64,000 nt of DNA from an uncultured Candidatus Rokubacteria bacterium (GTDB lineage Bacteria > Methylomirabilota > Methylomirabilia > Rokubacteriales > CSP1-6): positions 160,001 through 224,000 of the forward strand of contig CAVWWD010000004.1 in assembly GCA_963758635.1 (NCBI GenBank), in the 5' to 3' direction. A program made the position numbers and the translations under genes. Under the pieces are notes generated by a model. The model had not been told where the DNA came from and made no database searches. It saw only the letters and a list, made by a program, of their open reading frames with translations. Shown here one piece after another: positions 28,872 to 37,763 of this stretch (position 1 is the stretch's first letter; every line of letters starts with the position of its first letter).

Positions 28872-29708
28872 GTGTACGCGCGGCGGCGCAATATCGTAAC
28901 GCGCCCGGACGGGCGCCCCGTCAACGTGGCGCGGATGCGCGGCCAGCTCTTCGTGTGCGCCAGCGGCTGCTGCTGCGGCCGCGTGGAGGACGGCTTCGCG
29001 CCCGTGCCCGCGGAGGTCTTCCATGCGGAGTGGGAGCGCCGGCGGCTCCGCAACGTGGTGCACCTGACCATCGGCGGCTGCCTCGGGCCGTGCGCGCTCG
29101 CCAACGTCGCCCTGCTGATGTTCGACGGCCAGGCCCAGTGGTTCCACTCCGTCAACGGAGACGCCATGGCGATGGCCATCTACGACCACGTCGAGCGGAT
29201 GCTCGACGCCGACCGCTGCCTGCCCCCGCCGCCCGAGCTCGCGCCGTTCCACTTCACGGCCTCGGCGTGGCAGCCGCGCCCGGACGGCCAGCCCGTGGAC
29301 GACCTCCGCCCGCGTCTCGGGCGGGGGCACGCGTGCGCCGCCGCGCCCTCCGGCGTCTCCACCGGCGGGCAGGGGCTGAGCGTGGACGGGGTGGTCGCGG
29401 CCATGGAGGGCGCCGCGGCGCTCCCGAGGAAGAACGGCGAGCTGGTGTTCGACGAGCCGTGGCAGGGGCGGGTCTTCGGCATGGCGGTGGCCCTGCACGA
29501 GAGCGGCGCCTACGCGTGGGAGGAGTTCCGCCAGACCCTCATCCGCCAGGTCGCCGCCGCCGAGGCGCGCGGCGGCGCGTTCGCCTACTACGAGGTCTGG
29601 CTCGCCACGTTCGAGGCTCTCCTCGAGGACAAGGGCCTGGTCACGCCCCAGGAGCTCGAGGAGACCACCTACCAGTTCGAGTTCGGCGAGCGCGACGAGG
29701 TGTACTGA
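28872..29708 (+). CDS. Thioredoxin-like (2Fe-2S) ferredoxin domain fused to a nitrile hydratase accessory (P14K-like) domain
   Basis: N-terminal FVCASGCCCG...GGCLGPC; C-terminal LPRKNGELVFDEPWQGRVFGMAVAL...YYEVWL; start 28872 (GTG) or 28935 (ATG). Confidence 0.8.
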   Translation: MYARRRNIVTRPDGRPVNVARMRGQLFVCASGCCCGRVEDGFAPVPAEVFHAEWERRRLRNVVHLTIGGCLGPCALANVALLMFDGQAQWFHSVNGDAMAMAIYDHVERMLDADRCLPPPPELAPFHFTASAWQPRPDGQPVDDLRPRLGRGHACAAAPSGVSTGGQGLSVDGVVAAMEGAAALPRKNGELVFDEPWQGRVFGMAVALHESGAYAWEEFRQTLIRQVAAAEARGGAFAYYEVWLATFEALLEDKGLVTPQELEETTYQFEFGERDEVY

Positions 29709-29810
29709 CCCCCACGGTGAGCGGGCGTATCCACTGGATTTCCATATCCGCTCGCCTCGCCTGCGGCTCAGCTCGCAAAGCCACCGGCTCGGCTCGCAAA
29801 GCCACGCGAG

Positions 29811-30446
29811 CTATCGCATCGCCGAGAACGGCGCGGGCACCAGCACCGTGGCCTGCATGTGGGCCAGCAGCGGCACCGACTTCGCGAGGAACGCCTGCCA
29901 CTCCGGGTCCTGGCCGAGCTTGGCCCGCGCCTCCGCCCGCTCGTTGAGGTCGCGGTAGACCCACATGTGCACCACCTCGTTCAGCTGGGCGATGTCCGTC
30001 TGCCAGAGCCCGACCCGGCGCATGTACTTCTCGCGCGTGGGCATGACGTTCTTGAAGTGGCCGAGCCACTCGCCGGCGCTGCCGACGTGGGCCCGGTACC
30101 AGCGGAGCTCGTAGACGTTGCCGGTGTCCGCGGGCGGATTGAGCGGCAGCACCGCGGAGAGGATCTTGTTCTCCTGGGCGAGGAGCAGCGGGCGGATCTT
30201 CGGGATGTACTCCCTGGTCCACGCCTCGTTCTTCGCGAGCTCGCCGCGCAGGCGCTCCCGCTCGTTGAGGTCGGCGTAGCTCCAGAGGTGCACGAGCTGG
30301 TTGAGCGTGCCGAACTCGGTAGACCAGAACCCTTCCTGCTTGCCGTACGTGTCCCCGCGGATCTTGCGCCCGGTCTCGCCCGAGTGCTTGAGGTACTCGG
30401 CCTGCTTGCCGGGCTGCACCGTGTAGGTCCGGAGCTCGTAGATCAT
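29811..30446 (-). CDS. NIPSNAP family protein
   Basis: MIYELRTY...LNQLVHLWSY repeated twice. Confidence 0.88.
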   Translation of the reverse strand: MIYELRTYTVQPGKQAEYLKHSGETGRKIRGDTYGKQEGFWSTEFGTLNQLVHLWSYADLNERERLRGELAKNEAWTREYIPKIRPLLLAQENKILSAVLPLNPPADTGNVYELRWYRAHVGSAGEWLGHFKNVMPTREKYMRRVGLWQTDIAQLNEVVHMWVYRDLNERAEARAKLGQDPEWQAFLAKSVPLLAHMQATVLVPAPFSAMR

Positions 30447-30634
30447 GAAGGTCTCCTTGGGGTTCGGTGTCGACGGCTCCCCTCGATCTACACCCAGGAC
30501 CGCGGGCCGCGCAAGCCTCTGGCGACATCTGGTTGACACTGTCACTCGCCATCACTGGCCCGCGCTTGCGGCCGACGATTTTCGTCGTCGGCCGGGTCCA
30601 GGCGTGGCGGCCAAGCCCCTGATTTGATGATCAC

Positions 30635-30772
30635 AAGGGCGCCGGGCTCGGCCTCGCCGTGGTCCGCGGCCTCGTCGAGGCTCACGGCGGGCGCATCGGA
30701 GTCGAGTCGGTCGAGGGGAAGGGCAGCAGCTTCACGATGAGCCTTCCCCGCGAGGCGCACGCCGCCGTCTGA
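30635..30772 (+). pseudogene. Orphan C-terminal fragment of a histidine kinase ATPase domain
   Basis: [38 protein letters not shown] followed by a stop, with no upstream kinase body. Confidence 0.7.
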
Positions 30773-30808
30773 GCGCGGCCCGGGCGTCTCGTCCCGCGCC
30801 CCCCGGGC

Positions 30809-32030
30809 TCAGTCGGTCCGGATCCACCAGTTGTGGCGGAACGCGTCGTACCGGATCTGCCGCCCGCAGAAGCCCTCCAGCGCGATGACCGGCCGCAGCG
30901 CGGCCTGGGTGGACCGGCGCGCCCAGAGGTGCAGGTCGAGGTCCTGGAACGTGTCGGGCCCGCGCTGGCGGCACAACGTGCGGGCCCGGTTGTAGAAGAC
31001 CACCGGGTCGCAGGCGATGCGCGTGTCCAGGGGGAGCTTCAGGTCGCGCTCGGTCCGGGCGCCGTCGGCGTGGCGGAGCACGGCGTAGCCGTTGCACACC
31101 GGCCGCGCGTCGAACATGTGCAGCGCGTAGAGGCGTCCCTCGCCCGTGAGCACGGGGTCGCCGGGATAGGCGTGCGGCGTGAGCTGCAGGATCGAGAACA
31201 CCGCCGCGATCGCGTAGGCGCCCCACGGCGCCCGGCCCCGCCAGAACGCATCCAGCAGGCTCTCGTCCACGCCTCGGGTCGCCGGCCGGGACGCGCCGGC
31301 ACAGGGGGAAGATCGAGAGGATCGCGAACATCAGGAGGGGATAGAAGAAGCCCACCACCGGCCACGAGAAGACGTGGAAGACGACGAACTGGCCAAGGGC
31401 GGGCCAGAAGATCCAGCCGCGCCGCGCGAGCAGGCCCCAGCTCACCACCAGCTCCAGCACGATGACGTAGACGCAGGCGGCGATGATCCCCGCGCCCGAG
31501 AAGAGCCAGATCGGCCGGTAGAGCCCCGCGCCGGAGATCCACTCCCAGTTCAGCTTCAGCGTCCCCGCCCAGAAGTAGAAGAGCACCACGAGCACCCGCG
31601 CCGCGCTGCGCTTGCCGGGCACGAACAGGAACGCCGCGGTCGCCGCGAACGCCATGTAGTGCTGGTTCATCCGGAGACGGAAGTCCAGCAGCATGATGGC
31701 GGCCTTCACCACGTTCAGGCCGATCAGCCCCCAGTACGCCCCCGCCGTGGCCTGGCGTCCGGACAGGAATGCGAGCCCGACCCCGATCGCGCCCAGGAGA
31801 TACAGGAGGAGCGCCCAGGACAGCCCGGAGGGGCCGAGCACGCGGAGCCGCTCGCATTCCTGGAAGATCGGCCAGCAGATCGCCTCGGCCCGGGAGTGCA
31901 GGAAGGCGATCGACCGCTGGTCGATCCAGTAGAGGAAGGTCAGGACGTGCAGCGCGGCCAGGGCCGCCCCGTAGATCCGCAGCACCCGGTCGTCCCGGAT
32001 CTCGGCGACCTGGCTCTCGAAATACCGCAT
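30809..32030 (-). CDS. HTTM / vitamin K-dependent carboxylase-like membrane protein (frameshift near 31275)
   Basis: Multi-TM protein with NQHY, YFWAGTLKLNWEW and ALHMF motifs. Confidence 0.6.
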
Positions 32031-32365
32031 GGGCGCGCCCAACGTAGTCGACGGGCCGGGCACCGTCAACCCGCCGGGCTTCGGGCAGGATCGGCCCGGA
32101 CCGGGCACCGGCCCGGGCGTCGGTTCGGGCAGAAGACCGCCCCCTCGATGACGGCCGCTGGCACGCTGGATCGTGAGCCCGCGCTCCGACTGATGGGCGG
32201 TGGACTGGCCCCGCGGGCGCTCCAGGTGGCCCGGACCCGGCCGCTCGCGGCCGAGCCGACAACCTCCCGAGAAGCTGGTTTACTCCCCCGGGCTGTCCCC
32301 CTATAGTTGAGCCCCGGCGGCCGGTCCGTCTCTTCTCCCGCAAGAGGCCGGCCGCAGGAGACGCA

Positions 32366-33769
32366 ATGCCGAGCGACTCCGCCGAGCCCCTCCGGGACGT
32401 CCGCGCCGTTGTCCTGGTCGTGGATGACGACGTGGGGCTGCGCGAGGCGTGTCGCCTGATCCTCGAGGACGAGTTCGAGGTCCTCGACGTCCCCGACGGA
32501 CCGCATGCCCTCGAGGTCCTCCGCTCCACCCAGGTCGATGTCGTGCTGCTGGACATCCGCCTGCCCGGCATGGACGGCCTCGAGGTGCTGGAGCAGGCGA
32601 AGGTGATCGACGAGCAGGTCGAGGTCATCCTGGTCACCGCGGTGAAGACGGTGAAGACCGCGGTCACCGCCATGAAGCTCGGGGCCTTCGACTACCTGAC
32701 CAAGCCGTTCGAGGAGGAGGAGGTCCTGGCCGTGGTGCGCCGGGCCCTCGAGCGGCGGGCGCTCCAGCGCGAGGTGGTCTTCCTGCGCTCCGAGCTCGCG
32801 CGCCGCCAGGACGGCGACGAGATCGTGGGCCAGTCCGCGGAGATGCGGAAGCTGGCCCAGATGATCGCGCAGGTGTCGCGCACGAGCGCCACGGTGCTCA
32901 TCGCGGGCGAGAGCGGCACCGGCAAGGAGCTCATCGCCCAGGCCATCCATCGGCAGAGCCCGCGGCGCGACAAGCCGTTCGTGCCCGTCAATCCCGCCGC
33001 CATCGTCGAGTCGCTGATCGAGTCGGAGCTGTTCGGGCACGAGCGCGGCGCGTTCACCGGCGCGTACCAGCGAAAGCTCGGCAAGTTCGAGATGGCCCAG
33101 GGCGGCACCCTCTTCCTGGACGAGATCGCGAGCCTCCGGGCCGAGCCGCAGACGAAGCTCCTGCGCGTCCTCCAGGAGCGGGAGATCGAGCGGGTGGGGG
33201 GGACGCGGCGGATCCCGGTGGACGTGCGCATCATCGCCGCCACCAACGTGGACCTCAAGCGCGCGGTGGCGGCGGGCGGGTTCCGCGAGGACCTCTACTA
33301 CCGGCTGAACGTGGTGCCCATCGCCGTGCCGCCGCTCCGCAGCCGGAGCCAGGACGTCCCGCTGCTCGTCGAGCACTTCATCCGCCGCTACAACCAGCGC
33401 TTCGGCAAGCGCATCACGGGCGTCGCGCCCTCCGCCATGGCCGCCCTCGAGGACTACCGGTGGCCGGGCAACGTGCGCGAGCTGCAGAACGTCGTGGAGC
33501 GGGCGGTGGCGCTGGTCGACGCCCCCCAGATCCAGCTCCAGGACCTCCCGATGGACGTGGTCATGGGGGAGCGGCGGCTGCGGGACGGCGAGGCGCCCGC
33601 GGTGCCGCTCGCCCAGGCCGTCGAGGACTTCGAGCGTCAGATCGTCCAGCGGGTCCTCGAGCGCGTCCGCTGGAGCCAGCAGGACGCGGCGATGATCCTG
33701 GGCCTGCACCGGAACACCCTCCTCCGCAAGATCGCGAAGTGGGGACTGGTCCCACCGCCACGTCGATAG
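32366..33769 (+). CDS. sigma54-dependent response regulator (NtrC/AtoC family)
   Basis: REC domain (DDD, DIRLP, KPF), GESGTGKE, GAFTGA, WPGNVREL and C-terminal HTH. Confidence 0.95.
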   Translation: MPSDSAEPLRDVRAVVLVVDDDVGLREACRLILEDEFEVLDVPDGPHALEVLRSTQVDVVLLDIRLPGMDGLEVLEQAKVIDEQVEVILVTAVKTVKTAVTAMKLGAFDYLTKPFEEEEVLAVVRRALERRALQREVVFLRSELARRQDGDEIVGQSAEMRKLAQMIAQVSRTSATVLIAGESGTGKELIAQAIHRQSPRRDKPFVPVNPAAIVESLIESELFGHERGAFTGAYQRKLGKFEMAQGGTLFLDEIASLRAEPQTKLLRVLQEREIERVGGTRRIPVDVRIIAATNVDLKRAVAAGGFREDLYYRLNVVPIAVPPLRSRSQDVPLLVEHFIRRYNQRFGKRITGVAPSAMAALEDYRWPGNVRELQNVVERAVALVDAPQIQLQDLPMDVVMGERRLRDGEAPAVPLAQAVEDFERQIVQRVLERVRWSQQDAAMILGLHRNTLLRKIAKWGLVPPPRR

Positions 33770-33791
33770 ACCGTCACCGGCGACGGTGCAG

Positions 33792-33890
33792 TGCACCACC
33801 GGCGGTGCATGCCGGCCAAGTGCGCGCCGCGCCTGACGCGGGACGCCTCAGCCGTCCCTCGACGCCGCGCGGTGCAGCGTCCACAGTGCA
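33792..33890. promoter_or_regulatory. Two palindromic upstream activator sites TGCA-N10-TGCA
   Basis: TGCACCACCGGCGGTGCA (33792-33809) and TGCAGCGTCCACAGTGCA (33873-33890). Confidence 0.55.
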
Positions 33891-33973
33891 GACCGCGGAT
33901 CTTGCATGGTCGCGACGGCGCCGATTCAGCTTTTGATGATGCGGAGTTGCACGACACGCAGCGGGCGTTCGCC

Positions 33974-33989
33974 TGGCGTCCGATTTGCT
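33974..33989 (+). promoter_or_regulatory. sigma54 -24/-12 promoter
   Basis: TGGCGTCCGATTTGCT (GG-N10-GC), about 75 bp before the peptide ATG. Confidence 0.7.
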
Positions 33990-34064
33990 TAGCCTTTGCG
34001 TCGCTGTACGGGCCCTCGTGGGGAGGGCCCATGGTGTCACACACCCGACCGAGGAGGACGAACG

Positions 34065-34202
34065 ATGGCGAAGGCCTGGGCGGTGATCATGATCGTGTCC
34101 GCGTTCCTGCTGGTGGCTCCCGTGATCGAGTACGGCGCGGTGGAGTCGAACCACATCTTCACCGCCATCGGCAACGCCGACGGCGGCGCCGGCGGCGACT
34201 AG
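34065..34202 (+). CDS. 45-aa secreted peptide, putative signal precursor
   Basis: GAGGAGG RBS; MAKAWAVIMIVSAFLLVAPVIEYGAVESNHIFTAIGNADGGAGGD has a hydrophobic leader and a Gly/Asp-rich tail; GC3-rich codons. Confidence 0.7.
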   Translation: MAKAWAVIMIVSAFLLVAPVIEYGAVESNHIFTAIGNADGGAGGD

Positions 34203-34220
34203 GAGGCCTTCTCTCCCTCG

Positions 34221-35838
34221 ATGATCCACTGGCGAGGCCTCGGCGTCACCATGCTCCTCCTCGCCAGCACCGCCATGCCCGTGGTCCCGGCTCACGCGCA
34301 GGACAAGGCGGAGCCGGGTCCGCGGGCGGTCGTCAACGGAGCCTACCGGCGTCCGCTCGGCGGCGATCCGGCCACGCTGGACCCTGTCCGGACCAACGAC
34401 ATCTACGGCCGCGCGGTGACGCAGCAGATCTTCGACGGCCTCGTCCAGTTCGATCAGACGCTCACCATCAGCCCGGCCCTGGCCCAGTACTGGCGCGCCT
34501 CGCGCGACGGGCTCACCTGGACCTTCACGCTGCGCAAGGGCGTGAAGTTCCACCACGGGCGGGACGTGAGCGCGGACGATGTCGTGTACTCGTTCACGCG
34601 CATCCTCGATCCGCGGCTCCGGTCGGACGCCGCCGACCTCTTCGGGCACGTCAAGGGAGCGGCGGAATTCCGTGAAGGACGCGCGAAGAGCGTGTCCGGC
34701 CTCGTCGCGCTCGACCGCCACACCGTGCAGGTCACGCTCGAGGAGGCGCAGATCGCCTTCGTGTCGCTCCTCGCCCTGGGCCACGCCCGCATCGTCCCGA
34801 AGGACGTGGTCGAGCGGCTAGGCGACGCCTTCGGCACCCACCCCGTGGGCACCGGGCCCTTCCGGTTCGTCCGGTGGGAGCGCGGGAAGGAGATCGTGCT
34901 CGCCGCCAACCCCGACGCGTTCGACGGCGCGCCGCGCCTGGCCCGCCTCGTGTACCGGATCTTCCCCGGCGAGGCGCACGACGTGATCTGCCAGGAGTTC
35001 GAGCAGGGGCAGCTCGAGGAGAGCCCGGTGCCGCCGGCGTGCCGGAACAAGACCTCGGACCCGCGCTACCAGTACCTGCGCCGCTCGACCTTCACGGTGC
35101 GGTTCTACGGCCTCAACACCCGGATGCGCGGGCTCGACGACGCGCGCGTGCGCCGCGCCATCGCGCACGCCCTGGACCGCGAGCGCACCGTCCAGGAGAT
35201 CTTCCTCGGCCGCCATCAGCCCGCGCGCGGCATCCTGCCCCCGGGCATGCCCGGCTACAACCCGGGGCTCCGGGCGCCCGGCCACAGCGTCGCCGAGGCC
35301 CGCGAGCTCCTCAGGCGGGCGCGGGCATCCGGACGGCCGCGGGATCGGGCCGCTCACCATCTGGTCGGCGGCGCGGGGGGAGCGGATCGACCAGGAGCTG
35401 GGCACGGTGAAGCGGCAGCTCGCCGCCGTCGGCATCGCCGCCGACGTGCGCTACGAGACCGACTGGCCGACGTTCACGAAGGCGCTCGGCGAGCGCAAGT
35501 ACCCGATGTTCGTCTACGCCTGGCACGCCGACGTGCCCGATCCGGACAACTTCCTGTACAAGCTCTTCTACTCGAGGGGCGCGCGCAACCTGACGGGTTA
35601 CGCCAATCCCGTCGTGGACGACCTGCTCCTCCGGGCTCGCGAGGAGCCCGACCTCGGCCGGCGCATCGAGCGGTACCGGCGCGCCGAGCAGATCATCGTC
35701 GACGACGCGCCCATCATTCCCGTGTGGCACTACACGTACGAGCGGCTGTTCCAGTCCTACGTGCGCAACGTGGAGGTGAACGGGCTCGGCGACGCGTACC
35801 TCCCGCTGCGCAAGATGTGGCTCGAGGCCCCGCGGTGA
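34221..35838 (+). CDS. OppA/DppA-like family 5 solute-binding protein without adjacent permeases (frameshift near 35320)
   Basis: DPATLDP, FTLRKGVKFHHG and PVGTGPFRF; the C-terminus continues in ORF 35407-35838. Confidence 0.88.
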
Positions 35839-37763
35839 GAGCGCTCGTCCGCCCCCCGTGGCTCCGCTTCGGCTTCAGCTCGCTCCAGCGGAAGCTCCTC
35901 CTCGGCACGCTCTTCGTGCTCGTCCTCATCATGGCCGGCGTCATGCTGGTGGTGGAGTACAGCCAGCGCGAGGCCATCGTGTCCGAGGTCCAGCGGCGCG
36001 GCGAGGTCCTCGCGCGGAGCCTCGCCGCCACCTCGACCACGCCGCTCTTGCTCTACAACTTCACCGCCCTCGAGCAGAACGTGACGCGCATCGCCCGCGA
36101 GGCCGACGTGGTGTACGCCATCGTCCTCGACGGCGACGGCCGGGTGGCCGCGCACAGCCGCCGGCCGGACCTGGTCGGCCGCGGCCTCGAGGGCGCCGTC
36201 GACGCGCGCGCGGGCCGCGCCGGCGCGCTCCTCATCCAGGAAGCCACCAGCCGGGCCGCTGGGCAGACGGTGTACGACATCGCCGTGCCCGTGTTCGTGG
36301 AGCAGCAGCGCTGGGGCACGGTGCGCGTGGGTCTGTCGCGGCGGCGGATGGACGCGGAGATCACGGAGACGCGCCGCGAGCTCGCCATGCTGTCGCTCGT
36401 GACGCTCGCCCTGTGCGGGCTCGGCGCCGCCTTCGTGGCGCGGCGCATCGCGGGCCCCGTGAAGCAGCTCTCGGCCGGCGCCGCCGCGGTGGCGCGCGGC
36501 GAGCTCGACCAGTGGATCCCCCCCGTGGGGTCGGACGAGCTGGCCCAGCTCGCGGCCACGTTCAACCACATGACCGCGCGCCTGCGCCACCAGCGCGCCG
36601 AGCTCGAGGCCGCCCACGCCGAGCTGCGGCAGCGCTTCGAGGAGGTGGCCGAGCTGAACCGCTACACCGACAACATCCTCGGATCGGTGACGAGCGGCAT
36701 CGTCACCCTGGACCTGGACGGGCGCATCGGCACGATGAACCCGGCGGCGGAGATGCTGACCGGCCTCTTCGCGCCGGACGTGAAGGGCCACTACTGCGCG
36801 GAGGTGTTCACGGCGAGCCCCGAGGTCGCCGAGGCCCTCATGGAGACGCTGACCAGCCGTCACGGCCTGCCCAACGTGTCGCTCACGCTGCGGCGGCCCA
36901 ACGGCTCCACGCTGCCCATCGAGATGAGCACGGCGCCGCTGCGCGGCCTCGAGGCCAAGGAGCTGGGTGTGGTCGGCGTGTTCCGCGACGTGAGCGTGCT
37001 GCGGGAGCTCGAGGAGCAGGTGCGGCGCTCCGACCGGCTCGCCGCGCTCGGCACCCTCGCCGCCGGGCTCGCGCACGAGATCAAGAACCCGCTCACCGCG
37101 CTGCGTACGTTCAGCCGGTTCCTGCCGCGCAAGTTCGACGACGAGCGGTTCCGCGAGCGCTACCAGCGGGTCGTCCCCCACGAGCTCGAGCGCATCAACG
37201 CCATCGTGGAGCGGCTGCTGGAGCTGGCGCGTCCGGCGCGGCTGACCTTCCAGCCCGTACACCTACCGGAGCTGCTCGACCGCGTGCTCGACCTGTACGC
37301 CGGCCAGATCGAGACCAGGGGCATCGAGGCCCATCGCGAGTACGCGCGCGACTGCCCGCCCATCCAGGCCGACGCCGAGTACCTGTACCAGGCCATCGTG
37401 AATCTCGTGGGGAACGCGCTGGAGGCCATGGAGGCGGGCGGCCGCCTCACGCTGCGCGTGGGGTGGTTCCACGGCAGCGATCCCTTCGGCCCCGTCCGGG
37501 GCCCGGCGTGGCGCCTCAAGGTGGAGGTGGAGGACACGGGGATCGGGATCGGCGCCGACACCGCCGGAAAGGTATTCGACCCGTTCTTCACCACGAAGGG
37601 CGCGGGGACCGGCCTCGGCCTCGCCCTCACGCACAAGATCGTCGAGGACCACCACGGCCGCATCACCTTCAGCAGCGTGCCGGGGGCGGGGACCACGTTC
37701 CGCATCGTGCTGCCCGTGACGCCCGGAGGGGCGCCGCGGATCAGAAAGGGACAGGATGCCTAG
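35835..37763 (+). CDS. Membrane sensor histidine kinase (periplasmic sensor, HAMP, PAS, HisKA, HATPase)
   Basis: Two TM segments, DELAQLAATFNHM HAMP, AHEIKNPL and FTTKGAGTGLGL; GTGA overlap with the binding-protein gene. Confidence 0.92.
   Translation: MRALVRPPWLRFGFSSLQRKLLLGTLFVLVLIMAGVMLVVEYSQREAIVSEVQRRGEVLARSLAATSTTPLLLYNFTALEQNVTRIAREADVVYAIVLDGDGRVAAHSRRPDLVGRGLEGAVDARAGRAGALLIQEATSRAAGQTVYDIAVPVFVEQQRWGTVRVGLSRRRMDAEITETRRELAMLSLVTLALCGLGAAFVARRIAGPVKQLSAGAAAVARGELDQWIPPVGSDELAQLAATFNHMTARLRHQRAELEAAHAELRQRFEEVAELNRYTDNILGSVTSGIVTLDLDGRIGTMNPAAEMLTGLFAPDVKGHYCAEVFTASPEVAEALMETLTSRHGLPNVSLTLRRPNGSTLPIEMSTAPLRGLEAKELGVVGVFRDVSVLRELEEQVRRSDRLAALGTLAAGLAHEIKNPLTALRTFSRFLPRKFDDERFRERYQRVVPHELERINAIVERLLELARPARLTFQPVHLPELLDRVLDLYAGQIETRGIEAHREYARDCPPIQADAEYLYQAIVNLVGNALEAMEAGGRLTLRVGWFHGSDPFGPVRGPAWRLKVEVEDTGIGIGADTAGKVFDPFFTTKGAGTGLGLALTHKIVEDHHGRITFSSVPGAGTTFRIVLPVTPGGAPRIRKGQDA

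Noticed and set aside
29764..29805. 21-bp tandem duplication CGGCTC(A/G)GCTCGCAAAGCCAC as a CRISPR remnant
   Set aside because: Only two adjacent units, no spacer and no cas genes; probably a REP or terminator-type repeat between convergent genes.
32159..32174. TGGCACG upstream of the NtrC-type regulator as a sigma54 promoter
   Set aside because: No GC at the -12 position.
34221..37763. Apparent 1180-aa binding protein-kinase fusion ORF
   Set aside because: Artefact: a frameshift near 35320 diverts the frame through non-homologous sequence. The true binding-protein C-terminus ends at 35838 and the kinase starts at 35835.
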